A stretch of DNA of 64,000 bases from Bugula neritina (lineage: Eukaryota > Animalia > Bryozoa), in assembly GCA_964035545.1 (NCBI GenBank), contig OZ037769.1, positions 6,925,929 through 6,989,928 on the forward strand. Reading direction: 5' to 3'. Below the pieces are notes generated by a model that was given only the letters and a program-made list of their open reading frames with translations, did not search any database and was not told where the DNA came from. Each line of letters starts with the position of its first letter. Within the stretch, counting starts at the first letter, position 1. Of this stretch, positions 11,701-24,531 are shown one piece after another. The position numbers and the translations under genes are program-made.

Positions 11701-13590
11701 TCCCCAGCAAGTTTCTAGGCAGCCTTATCAACCAGGTATACCTCCTACCATCTCATTTCAGCCAAACACTAGCTGAAACATTACTGATTTGTAAGCTTGA
11801 ATTCTATTGGCCAGTTGAAGCTGAGATGGGTTCCCATAGACTAGTGGACGTGAAGGCGTCTCGTGCTGTATAGATGTGAGCTGGTGGTTTTAGCTTCAAT
11901 CTGCTAAAGCTTTTCGGGGAAAGGAAACGTGTTATAAAATACCCAAACTTCCTATTTTTACATGACTTGGTCGGATATACTTCCATTCTTTACAGTTTCC
12001 CCGGCCAATGAAAATGCAGGGAGATGAAACGTGTTATATATTTCCCATATTTCTACATGAGTTAGCCAGAAAAACTTGCAGTCTTTTGAATTTACTGACC
12101 AACCAAAAATATACCAGCCATTTGCATGGAAGTGTGACTCCTTTATTTTTATATCTAAGAGAGGATTTCTTCTCACTACTTAATTTAAACACCCCGTGTA
12201 TAAGTGTATACCTACTAGTAATGCTAAGCATACAATGTTCCTGTCTTGTGCTGTGCTGGTGATGATTGCTAACTCAAACACCAACTACTCTTAAAACTCT
12301 TTAGATTTTCATACAGTTGTCTCCCCTGAGAGTTTACGAATTTCTTGACAGTAAATATTATTTGTTTTCCAACTGGTAAAACACCAATAGTTATAGTTAA
12401 AGTTGAACTTAGTTAATATTCACAGTTAGACTAAGTTTCACAAGTAATACATAGTTAGACTAAGTTTCACAAGTAATTCACAGTTAGACTAAGTTTCACA
12501 AGTAATTCACAGTTAGACTAAGTTCCACAAGTAATACTGATGATGTTTACTGCAGCTATGATGCCCCCTCAGGCTCAGCCTGTTAGGCAGCCCCAGGCAG
12601 CTCCACCACCTCAGCAGCGAGTCTCCCAGCCTCCTGCGCCGAGGGATCCCTACGCCAACAAAGGGGTGAGTCAGCAGCGGTTTCTTCTAGATTGTTCCGG
12701 TACCTGGACACCATTAGGTGAAATGGTTACTAAAGTTGTATCTCCTTCCTTAGCTGTAAAGTAGCATGTGATCCGAGCAGTGCTTTGCGTCACATACTGC
12801 AGTATGCTTAGGTTTTTTAACCAGGAGTTTGAAATATAGCCTTGGAACTTATTTTATAGCCTCAAAAGCTGTATGCAAAAGCTCCTGTAAGCGCATTTCA
12901 GAAAGTTCTTTGTCTGAGAGAAGTGCAGCTTGTTCTCTAATGAGAAAATCTCAGGGTAGATGTTGATAGTCACTTATTAAGTTGTGACAGTATAAATAAG
13001 TACATTATATATAAATAATTATATTATATATGACCAGGTATGTTATATATAAACAAGTATATTATATATAAACAAGTATATTATATATAAGCAAGTATAT
13101 TATATATAAACAAGTATATTATATATAAGCAAGTATATTATATATAAACAAGTATATTACATATAAACATGTATATTATATATAAACAAGTATATTATAT
13201 ATAAACAAGTATATTATATATAAACAAGTACATTATATATAAACAAGTATATTATATATAAACAAGTATATTATATATAAACAAGTATATTATATATAAA
13301 CAAGTATATTATATATAAACAAGTATATTATATATAAGCAAGTATATTATATATATATAAACAAGTATATTATATATAAACAAGTATATTATATATAAAC
13401 TGAATTGTAGAAAGTGTCTCGGGCCATATATGACTATTCTGCTGCTGATGACGATGAGATTTCCTTTAGAGAAGGTGACATCATCATTTACTGCGAACCT
13501 ATTGATGACGGCTGGATGACAGGAACAGTAGAAAAAACAGGTCAACACGGAATGCTGCCTTCGAATTACGTTGACCCCCTCAACTGGTAG
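5754..13590 (+). CDS. LASP1: LIM and SH3 domain protein (LASP family): LIM domain, two nebulin repeats, Pro/Gln/Ser/Tyr-rich linker, C-terminal SH3
   Basis: GT-AG exons 5754-5828, 5976-6070, 7607-7691, 8717-8750, 9059-9193, 9667-9762, 10255-10386, 11020-11172, 11520-11735, 12556-12665, 13411-13590 join in frame. LIM: [31 protein letters not shown]...PYCNAHY. Nebulin repeats: VADTPE...[12 protein letters not shown] and VADDPE...ISNISYH. SH3: [16 protein letters not shown]...DDGWMTG...[14 protein letters not shown] at 14181. Confidence 0.95.
7247..7575 (+). repeat. 20-bp minisatellite (TCTCACTCTAATACTAACTC)n, about 16 copies, LASP1 intron 2
   Basis: Direct tandem array; ends about 30 nt before the acceptor AG at 7605-7606. 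Confidence 0.95.
12421..12537 (+). repeat. 29-bp tandem repeat x4 (CACAGTTAGACTAAGTTTCACAAGTAATT), LASP1 intron 9
   Basis: Units start at 12421, 12450, 12479 and 12508; acceptor AG at 12554-12555. Confidence 0.95.
13000..13400 (+). repeat. 19-bp minisatellite (AAACAAGTATATTATATAT)n, about 20 copies, last LASP1 intron
   Basis: Tandem array running to about 10 nt before the acceptor AG at 13409-13410. Confidence 0.95.
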
Positions 13591-14641
13591 TTTATATTGT
13601 GAACAGATATATATTATGTAATGTCAACAACTTAATTGTTTATGTTAGATTACTAACTGATGACACACATGCTTGTAGTTAGAGCACGAATCAGCTGTAT
13701 ATGTTAAGCTAATACTAAGTATAGTGTCTGCACTGCTCTGCCTCTAAGTGGCTCCTTCAAGCTTGTATGTTTATGCAAAGTTAGAAACAGATAAAGTTAG
13801 CACTTGCAGTAATATAATTCTTATTTTTTATTTTAGACACTCTTTAATGATAGCTGCTGTTTTGTTTTATTTTTGTAATGTTTGAAGTGAGATTACTTGA
13901 ATTTATGATTAAGCATAATGCTTTGTAATGCTTGTAGAATCTTTTTGTGTATAGAAGTGAATGACTTGCCATGTTAGTATAGCACACATATAATATACAT
14001 ATGCACAATAGCATGTTCTAACCAAGCTTTACTTGGTGAGCTCAATTTTTGTTATTTATCCTCGTTTGGCTACAATACTTATATTAGCTGGTTCTAACCG
14101 TTTGAAAATCTTTTTGATTTTGTATTTTTTTCTATTTTGAAATATATTATTGAAACATATTATATTAAGACTTTATTCCTAATAAAAACATTACATTGAG
14201 GAATCATATGTAAGTCTGCAATGCGCTCATAAATTTTATGTTTGCTTTTACTTAAAATAATTAGCATTTTTTTAAGCTAACCAAAAAAATTTCAATCTAA
14301 ATTTCTTTTTACTAAATATATAAGCCCAATGCTAATCTTTACAGCAGGGTTTCACAATTCTGATAAATGGCCTTTAGTTGAAAATAAAACTTCTTTTTTA
14401 GTCTTGTCCTTATTGAGGATGTAGCAGGTTTCCATTTAATATAGCCTGGTGAATAAACATATGCCAAGCAATAGTTCATGAAAAGGCTGAAAATATGCAT
14501 TTGTGTGATTTTACTGATTTAGCTTTATAAATGTAGCCCATTTATTATAACTCATCAACTTAATATCTTATCTATATCTACTGGGTTCACACTTGGCTAA
14601 CAGTAGTATGCAAATGGGAAATCTTCATCCACCTCCTTTCT

Positions 14642-17600
14642 TCACCCATTAAACTGCACCACCACAAAGTAGTAAGTCACCATTACACTCAGCATCTGAA
14701 AGAATCAAATCCAAACTCTGTTAAAAAGATTTATACCGTAAAATGGGGTAACATTGGCCGTTTTGAGACATATTTTGGGTGTCATATGAAAGGATTACAA
14801 TATTCTTTAAAATTTTTGGATGCTAAATGAAGCTTATCAACATATGCACTAAATGAAAGAACCATTTGCAGTTTGGGACTGCTAGATCTCCTGTGGTATT
14901 AAAAAAAGTAGGTGGCCAAAGTTACCCTATTTTCGGGGTAACTTTGGCCGGTGTCGTTATTCTACATGTAGCTAAAGTTAGCAGCACTTGAAGCTTTTTT
15001 AGCCAGTTAGAAATTAAAGAACAACATTATTCAACTTCATTACTACAAAAAAAATTATTTTAGACAAAATGCAAGCTATAATAGTGTAATTATTGCATTG
15101 AAACCGCAGCTATTCGAGGTACATTGTTATTAAGTGTAAAAACTTTTGTATATGTATAAAAAATCATGTAATTTGCTGGCAACATTAAATAAATCACTGT
15201 ACAAGTTCAAATTCCATTGAATTTAATCTTAAATTCAAGTATGCCCTTTCAAACTATAGGCTGTGGCAGTTCTCTGTAGATTTTTTAAATAATGCGTAAT
15301 GTCTTCAGAATTAACTGTTGCCCATTCCGGTGCTATGTTTTGGCACAACCTGTGAGACAAGCTATTTTTATGTCTTGACATAAAACTGAGACTCCAGTGA
15401 TCTTGAGGGTAGTTGCTTTTGAAATGTTGCACTCTTCTCTCAAATTTGTCAAAATAGGTCTTGACTATTATTCGAAAGTCTGTTTTATCTAATGGAAAGC
15501 CCCATTGAGCCAGCTTTGTAGTAGGTATGGTCAACAATGGCTACCTCCTCTACTTGTGATAACACAGTTTGGCATCCAGGCTTCAGCTTGTGTCTTCACG
15601 CGGCTCTGTTTTGTAGTGTTCCTTTGGTAATATCATATTTCTAGCCACTTCTTGTCAAGACTTTCCAGCTGCCAATTCTTGTGAATAAAGCAAAACCAAT
15701 ATAATCTCCTCAGATATACCATATCTTGGAGATGTTACTTTTCTTTAATATTTTCTGAGTATAATTGTCTTGAAAAATACATTTTACAATGCATTGTCAA
15801 ATTCTTATATAAAAAAAAACATTAAACACAAAATTGCTGTCTGGGAACAAAAATGCATAATTCCCCATGTAATTATTTCATATTTCGGACTCTAAGTTGT
15901 TTCAAATATATAACTAAAGCATTGGGTATAGGTGAATCAAATGATTGTGCCTTTAGAGAGTAATGTACTATGTGTCTGAAGTAACAGAAAATTCGCAGCG
16001 CTGCCAGAAACCTACTTTGGAGTACCATTTAGCCATGGCCAAAGTTACCCCAAATTCGTCAAAAATTGTACACAGTGAATTCAAGACACATATTTTAATT
16101 TTAGATTTCAATTTATTTACCTAAATTACAAATATCCTGGTTAAATACTTACCAAAGTTCTTTAATACAAAAAAGAAAATGAGTCCAGCTTTTCTAATGC
16201 CTTCAAATAGATTAAAGTTGGACAGCGCTGAAAATCTTGTTGTCAAACAGGAAATTGAAAATGGCTGACAGCAAGAAGCAGCAAATAAGTATATCAATTA
16301 TTTTTCATGAATAGGATGCACCAATCTACAGTCAGTGCATATATACAATTAAAATATCTTTAGACTTCATAGATATAGCACCAGCTACATTTTAAACATT
16401 TTTTCCAAAGTGGCCAAAGTTACCTCAAGTGGCTAAAGTTACCCCATTTTACGGTAACTATGTGTAAATTTTAAAACTATTTTTCTGAATCAGTAGATGA
16501 TGGAAATAATATAATATGAAGTGATTACGCAAAAAACACAATTTGTTGCTTACTGTTAATCCAAACTCCTTGTTAATATCAAATATGCTGCTCATAGTTA
16601 TCTTGTCAGGGTTTCTAGTTTTGTAGATGAACAACTGAATCTAAAACATATGTTATTGCGCATCAACTAGCTACGGATTGGATTACATAACATTACCCTG
16701 AGCATAAGAAAATTCAGAATACTGACACCATGTAGCAAGTGTCATCATAGAATACTAATACCATGTAACAAGTGACATCATAGAATACTGACACCATGTA
16801 CTAGCAAGTGACATTATAGAACATTGTAGAACTAGTATTACAATATACTATTCAGCTATAAAAACCTGTCACGCAATCAAAACTTCCCACAGATAGTAAA
16901 ACAGAATTGAATGAAAATGCTAGCTGTATACTTGGAAAATCTTCTCTGGGAATAATTTTTTTGCTGACTAATTTTTAAATGTTGTTTTCACACATCAATT
17001 TTATTTATATTGCATTTTTGACACTGAGCAAGTAAGATTGGATAAACAAATTTTTAAAATAAAGTTATAAAACTTTTGCCCCAACTGAAGTTTGAACCCT
17101 CTAGCAGCTGAGCTACCATTACACCACAGGGGCTACTGGGTTAACGCAAAACTACAAAAGTCATTTGGAGTAATGGACATAAATTCAAAGTTAGATAATT
17201 CTCAGCTGCTGCTGCTCCTACTAGCAAAGTTTTCTGTCAATAAATCAGCGGTTTTCTCAATATCATGTGACAGGCCTTGATACACGACTGGAAATTGAGC
17301 CATTTATATACCTGGTGACTTTGTTTTACTGTCAGCTCCAGTTCATCATTCATGAGTTCCAACAGACATTCAAATGCTTCCCCTGACTAAACATTGAAAC
17401 AAGTTACATAATTTAATGTTTAAAATGACGTTATACCATATATGGCAAAGTTGAGGTTTTCTTATCTCTATGTAGGTACTATAAACGCATTCTATTATAA
17501 ATAATATTGCACTCTAATTTTTTCATTAAAATGTAAATTTCTAAACTTTTGCCAATTTTTTAAACCAATGACATAAAGCAATTAACTTTAGTAGAAAAAT

Positions 17601-19650
17601 ACATGAACTACCTAAATACGTAAAATGCTTTACAAGACACTGATCTGATCATTGAAGTTGAAGACTCTAAAATCTTCCTAATGCTTATTAACAGATGCAT
17701 GCAACTGTTTTACTGCTAGTAAAAGACATCTTACGTTTGTATTATATTACATTTATATATATAGCTTATATGAAACGTATGTTGATATACTGCAAGCGCT
17801 TTTTCAAACACAAATTTCTAAACTATGTGAAAGCCACAGTGGAGATGCATAAACATAATAGCGAAGGTTATATAACAACCACAAATTAAGACAAACTATT
17901 TAAATTTAAGATTACATCGTCATGTTTAACCATACAAGTCTTTATACATCTGAACAAATAAATGGCCTTCTCCCGCCACCCAATGCATGAGCAAAACGGT
18001 TGGTAAAAAGTTTTCACATAATGGCTATAACATTAGAAAGCATTATGACATTTAAAACTTTATTATTGTAATTGCTTTTAATGATACTTTAATCAATCTT
18101 GTCTTCATATTACACTTGTATATAAGCTATATGAGAGGTAAAGCCTGCTTAATAAATATTCAACTGACTCAAGTTAAGAGAAAAGTCTATTCTTCCATTT
18201 ATTGGCATGTATACTGTCGTTAGGAAATTTGAAGCAGCCTTCACCGGTCTCCAATATTACTACTCTAATCAGCATACATTGTGCGGTAGTGCATTTGTAA
18301 GTAATTGTCTTACCTCATCTTCTACCTTTTGGGAGAAATAGATAAATAACACTAGAAAAATGGTGAAAGCTGAAAGCCAGAATGCAAAAGTGAACTGAGA
18401 GAAAGGAGGAAAAACTTCATTTCTTTGCATTGCCAGAACATAAAGGATAACAATCATGCTAACGCCAATGTTGGCTATAGTACTGGTCAGATAGTATTTA
18501 AACAACCTATCGGCCATCTTTACCAGTCGACACGTCTGTAAATGTAAGATTCTATAATCATTTATTCTGTTGAGTGTTTCTTTTGGAAACGTATTTATTT
18601 GTTCTTCTAAATGTTTGTTAAAACTGCCCAGTAGTTTCTTCAGTACGTTGCACATGCTTACGAAGAAGGCCGGGTGCAGCACCCACTGAACATTCAGAAG
18701 AAGAGTCCCAGTTGTAGATAGAACTTTGGTAGCGGTGAACAACTCCCGTGTCATATTTAAGTTTGATAACAGTTGGTGTTTAAAAACTGGGTCTCTTTCG
18801 CTTTCTGTTAAAAGATCCCACACTTTGAGACTCGTGTTGATTGCCACAAAAACCATTGTTATTGCGAAACTGATTAAATACATTCTTCTCTCTCTAACAA
18901 CTTCCTCATTGATTCCAATTGACTTCATCGAATTTCTAACAGATTTTATGTTTTCATAAAAATGTGAAAATCCATGCTGACTGTGGCAGTTGTAAAAGAA
19001 TATCCAGAGAGTGACGGCTTGGGTAAAATACCAGTAGAGTCCTATCAAAGGAGAAGACAAGCTCAGGAAGGATCCATCCGTCTCTGGTAACCATATAACC
19101 AGAACTCCAATGCCTAGAACAGGAACCAGAAAAAATTGTTAGATATGTTATATAATATAAAATATCTCATGGTAAATTTGTTTTAAAATCTGTATATATG
19201 TTATGTGTGACGAATAAATTGTAAAGATAACTATAACTTTTGATTGTAATTATATATTTAATCTACGAAAAATATTATTATTTAAAATTTAGAGCAGTAA
19301 GTTTAAGGTATTAGCTCATGACAACAAGTTAGTTTTCAATATTTTATATCCTAAATTCACAGTGACTTGTAGATTATTCTAAAATGCTGATAAATAGAAA
19401 AGAATTTAAACTAATTAAAAAGCAACTTGCTTGCAGCAACGATGAGAGTTGAAAGAACACATGCAAGTAAATGATATCCTGTAAAGAAAGAGTATAGAAT
19501 CTTGTTAGAGTATCCTTCAGAGTAGGTGCCCGCAATGCTCATAAACATCTTCAGTAGATAAATGCTGTCAGTTTCTTTGTTTCCAGAATTTTCCATGGTG
19601 TTGTCAGTTTCGCTCTCATCTGGCTTCACAGGATACACTAAGTTTGACAT
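14642..19650 (-). CDS. Gustatory-receptor-like (GRL / 7TM ion channel superfamily) protein, about 411 aa
   Basis: Exons 19650-19431 (GC donor), 19113-18314, 17386-17312, 16640-16554, 14695-14642 give one open frame of 1236 nt. Multiple hydrophobic helices; C-terminus IQLFIYK...ITMSSIFDINKEFGLT|MLSVMVTYYFVVVQFNG* has the GR signature TYhhhhhQF; three phase-0 introns near the 3' end, as in the GR/GRL family. Confidence 0.88.
14736..16454 (-). mobile_element. Non-autonomous pogo/Tigger-like (Tc1/mariner superfamily) DNA transposon, internally deleted
   Basis: TIRs CCGTAAAATGGGGTAAC...GTTACCCCATTTTACGG with TA on both sides (14734-14735, 16455-16456); subterminal GGCCAAAGTTACC repeats near 14913-14950, 16037 and 16411-16445. 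Frameshifted remnants of HTH_psq (YDITKGTLQN) and CENP-B-type HTH (WGFPLDKTDFRIIV...FKSNYPQDHWSLSFMSRH) at ~15235-15660; no DDE domain. Confidence 0.9.
16716..16820. repeat. 33-bp tandem repeat x3 in GRL intron
   Basis: AGAATACTGACACCATGTAGCAAGTGTCATCAT repeated three times with substitutions. Confidence 0.85.
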
Positions 19651-20115
19651 GTTTGCAAAAAGAAAGTCTGCATGGTAATGCGCAGTTCTCTAAATTCAAA
19701 AGGTATATAGCCGATGAGAATATTTCTGTATTGATTAACTTGGTGCTATGGGTGAGGCGTGCCATTTCATGCTGCAGTTTTAAATAAAAAATCAATATAT
19801 TTTCTCTGAGAAAAGCTGAGTTATAACCATTAAATATTTATATGGCTAAATTACTTAACAATCTTCACTATGTATCAATATTTATATAATGTTAATATTT
19901 TTACACTATTTCCCTACTTTGTTCTCTCTATGTTGAGCTGGTTAATGCTGGTTTATCAGCAGATTATTTTCATATTTATATGCTTTCTTAGTAGATTTCA
20001 CATTTTATTGGGGACTTTATAACGCTGCTACCTGGCGTAGCCTCTTTTGTTAAAGATTTTCAATAGCTTGAAGTAAGTGGGTTGGGTAGCCATGATGTCA
20101 TGCTCTAAGTAGGTA

Positions 20116-20256
20116 CAGTAATGGAGAAAATGAGAAAAATCTGTGTTCTAGATTAGAAATGTAGTGGAAGAAGTTATGTTATTGCAAGAACTTCAATTAA
20201 TTAAGATTAAATAGAAACATTGAAGAACTTAGGCTATCTCAATTTCTCCATTACTG
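20116..20256. mobile_element. ~140-bp MITE, copy 1
   Basis: Ends CAGTAATGGAGAAAATGAGA...TCTCAATTTCTCCATTACTG form an inverted repeat; a homologous copy in opposite orientation lies at 50898-51045. Confidence 0.75.
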
Positions 20257-23200
20257 CTGGAAGGTATGGTATGGTATGACGTCATGCTTTAAATATATTT
20301 CTTCTTGAATGCTAATGCTAATGGTAAAGCAATTCTAATCAATGGCAACAATATTTTTACAGCACTTAATGTCAGAGCTACATGTTTATTCGAGTCAACA
20401 AGTAAACACTTCGAAGCTCATATTTCCCAGGCGTTTGCAGAAAATGTTTGCTCTTATAGATAAAAGTTGGTTTTTTAAATTCCAGTGGTAATTTTTTCGG
20501 TAGGTAATTTTTCTGATAAATAATTGTTCCAGAAAGTAAAGTTTATAGCTTGAAGTTTTGTAATTCATATATGAATTTCTTTTCTTTTATGAAAAGCTGG
20601 ATTTGCCTAGCATTTATTGAGCTTTTGACGAAATCTGTTTTCGCCTCCCAGTACCGACACTTTAGGCTTATATCGATATTTCAAGATTTGAAAGATGCAC
20701 TATTTTTGTCTAGCTAATTATAGCTAAAAATTACACAGACAACCAAAGACTTAAAATGTTCAATCAATTTATCACTCGTGAGACACTTGCGGTGAAAAAC
20801 CCAACTGCATATAAGCAGAAACAGATAGAAATATAAATGCCAAATACAGATTCAACTAACTTCCGAAATATAAATAGCGCTGATAAAAAGTTTGATGGAT
20901 TGCATCAGTCTGTTAAGGTAAACCCACAAATCAATAAGAATAAATTATTGCGATGTAATTATAGCAATAATTATTTTGAAATTCTGGTTGTTGTCGATTG
21001 GCTTAGCCTGGTAATATCTTTGCCACACTTCTTAGTGACTCATCAATCATGGTTACTGAACTAAGCCTATCTAAATTAATGCTTCCTATTTAATTATAAA
21101 TCAAGACTCTTCACAGGCTTTGCAAATTAATGCTAGACAGCAGTGTTAGCTATGTCTTCTATACAGCTACAGGTCGGATGTATTCTCTAAAGTTAGATAC
21201 CGTATGCCTTCAAAAGATATACTGATAGAAGTATACATAATATATAGTAAATATTCACTAGATATGTAATACCTCTATAATTTTAATAAAATAGTGTTCA
21301 TCACTTGAGTGCTTGACATAGGCCAAGTAGCATATAGTGATTATTTCATTACAGCATCATCATGTTTTCTTAAATGACTAGCTGATCAATTAAAGTAATC
21401 CTAATCTGACAAGTTGACATTTTAAACATTTGTCTTCTTTAGCCAAATTGTTTGAAAATTCTTCAACATTAAAAAAAATCTATTTTCAAGGGTTGCGATT
21501 GTAATTGGCCGAATGCTATAACAGATCAGTTTGTGATCCCCAATGTGAAGCTTTCCTAAACTGCTGATGAGATCATAATGAACCAATTTACAAGATGATC
21601 CAGCATTCACATGCGTTACACTCACAAATTTACTGACGTAAAAGCGTGCTCATGCGCAATTTTATCAATTCAATTATAAGCTAATCCACAATTGTCTTCG
21701 AAACAATATATTTTTATTTTAATCAATAAACTGAAACCGTTTGAAATAATTCTAAGTATTTACTAATATGTTTGAAACAGAATTTATTGGAGTTAATACT
21801 ATCCATTACAAAAAATATATTTATAAATTTTATCAGAGATGCAAATGCTATATTACGTCTTTCATAAAATTTTTTGATAATAAAGTGCTCTCATGATTAT
21901 AAAAATATTATATTTTAAGAGTGCAAATTTATAACTGTAGCCTATCATAGAGACTAATAGTTGCATGGTGACACCATATGACTCACTGGCTAGACTGGTT
22001 TTTGACATAGTTGCACAGTATTTCAAAAATATATGCGGTGCATGCTTTAAATGTGCAAAAAGAGTACCGCTGTCTAGATATTTGCCTATTGATGATAACT
22101 TCACATCTCTAATTAGCAAAAAATGTTAAATTTAATTTCTCAATCTACTTTGCTAATATATTGAGTTGGTCTCTGGTAAATTGACATTCGGGGTAGCCTC
22201 AGATCTCTTATTCAAATGAAGTGATACAAGAGGCCTACCTTAATGGCAATAGCATCTCTTACTTTATATTTATTGGCATAGAACTTGAGCTTTAAAAATC
22301 TTAATTATATAAGTTTTGCCTGCACCTACACGTGAGAACACATCCAGTACTTTTGGCAGATATAATTTGCAGTAAGTGATGTGTGGAAGTTTAATTATTC
22401 TGCGTGTCATTTCAAAGATAAGTCATCATAAATTATCTTAGCTGGAGGTTAAATGCAGACATGCAAATAAAACTGTAGCTATGATGGAAGTTCTAAACAA
22501 GAGCTATCTATATATAGAAACTAAATTATTGATACTTTATATAATGTACTTCAGTAATTAGATATGACATTGCACACTTCCAGTTTTGTAATCTACTGCA
22601 TATTTTGGTATTAATATGGAATTTGAAAAAATGTCTTGATATGTGGCTAATAACTTCTGCATAGGAGTTCACAGAATACCACAATAACCTGCCAGAACTA
22701 CTAAAACCAGAAAAGTTCTCATTGTATGGCTGGTTTTATCAAAATTTTGTAATTAATTTAGAGATAGGTGAGTGACATTGCTCACTGCTAGCTGTGTGAC
22801 AACTATAGTATTTATGTACTCAGCAAGTTGAATCTTCATAAACACTTTATAAAACCTGAATGTGTGTGCAGAATTATAATTTAACAATTTACTTTTCAGC
22901 ATGAGAAGTTGTCTGGCCTTCTAGCACTTGGTATAATAGTTTTATTATCAGCTATTAAATATTTCCACCATTGCGCTCATCATTAATAATAAAATTAGCA
23001 AAAGTCGCACTAAAACATTTGAAATGTGCAGTGAAAAGTCTTGTTTTATTTATAAACTCTTTTATTTTTGAATAGTGGCCAAGACTCCTTTTGATGGACA
23101 TTTATTACAATGTTAAGTAGCTGCTTTTGATACCACACCAGCTGAAGTTTTTATTGGTCAACCAATTACTGCGTAATATCAAAAATGCATATAGCATATA

Positions 23201-23939
23201 ATATATAAATATTACTCAGCAATACGTGGTATACTTCCTATGACTACATTATAAAATTTATATAGTTTGCAGTGCAACTCAAAACTGCAATGCTATAAAG
23301 GGCTCAGCTGGAAAGCAAATATTAGCTATAGATATAAGAGAAGATAAGTACATTGTATTTAAATAGACTGTATATTGTGAAAGGCAAAACTTTAAAAAGT
23401 ACTACTTCCTTGTAAGAGTCAGTGTGACATGGGTTGTTAGGTGTCTGTGATACTGACAGTTCCTTATTGAGTAGCAGGTTGTCCAGTCATGGAATATTCT
23501 GCATGAGGACTTGCTTGAAATGATATTATGTGTTGGCTAATACAGATATTGCAATGCCGAATGCAAATGAAAGATATACATGATATATAACAAAAGTTCC
23601 ACACATGCTAAAATTAGCACCATACACATATTCCTGGTTAATTTGAATAAACAACAAGTCTTATATGCGACAAAACTGAAGCTAAAAATACCAAACAGCA
23701 TTTACACAAATCCAATATGCAATGCAGACATTTTATAAAATATGAGTAAAAGTTTAATAATTATAAAAATATACAGCAGTATAACTTTTAAGAGTTCCAG
23801 AATATTGCAATTTCACCTCTTGATCAGAAGGTTATTTTAAAGAGATGCATTAATTTACAATTATTTTGAAAACCAAAGCTTGGACAGAAATTTTGCTAAA
23901 GAAAATAAAACAGAATGAACCGAAACAAATCAAGCACCT

Positions 23940-24003
23940 ATTATATATACACATGGTATTATATATACACATGGTATTATATATACACATGGTATTATAT
24001 ACA
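23940..24003. repeat. 18-bp tandem repeat (TTATATATACACATGGTA), about 3.5 copies
   Basis: Direct tandem array. Confidence 0.85.
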
Positions 24004-24081
24004 GTTGTGAAAAATAGAGATTTCTACACTTTAGATGCAGATATCTATATCTACATTTAAACTTTAGATGTAGATACCTAC

Positions 24082-24531
24082 CTACACTTTAGATGTAGAA
24101 ATTTTTTCATTGCTGCTATCGCTGGCTTCTTCTAATGTACTCAAATCCTCTTCTGATTTTTCTTTTCTTCTCTTACAATTCTCTCCACACCTGACTATCC
24201 ACAGAATGATTCCAGCCATCACACAGAAAACAACCAGCGTCACCACAATCTTCCACCAACTATATTTTGAATCATCAGGGTTAAGGGCATGAGTGGAGTC
24301 ATCGTGGGCTGCTACAGTTTTTACTTTAGTACCCCCTATTAAAATCCTATGAGATGTTGAATGTTCACTCGTTGAATGACTTATATCTGAGATGTGAGCA
24401 GGCTCGTGAGAAGAGACGGTATGCGTATGTGTGCTGTTATACTCAGATGGTAGAGTATCAGAACTGTGACTGACCTCAGCTGAGCTGTGTGGCGTAAACA
24501 GGGTGGTGGAGGATGTAAACTCTTCAGGCAC
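24082..24531 (-). CDS. Exon encoding a Ser/Thr/His-rich stalk, one transmembrane helix and a short acidic tail of an unknown type-I membrane protein
   Basis: 149 open codons after a good acceptor (CCTTTACAG at 24532); TM WWKIVVTLVVFCVMAGIILWIV followed by basic stop-transfer KRRKEK. Confidence 0.65.
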   Translation of the reverse strand: MPEEFTSSTTLFTPHSSAEVSHSSDTLPSEYNSTHTHTVSSHEPAHISDISHSTSEHSTSHRILIGGTKVKTVAAHDDSTHALNPDDSKYSWWKIVVTLVVFCVMAGIILWIVRCGENCKRRKEKSEEDLSTLEEASDSSNEKISTSKV

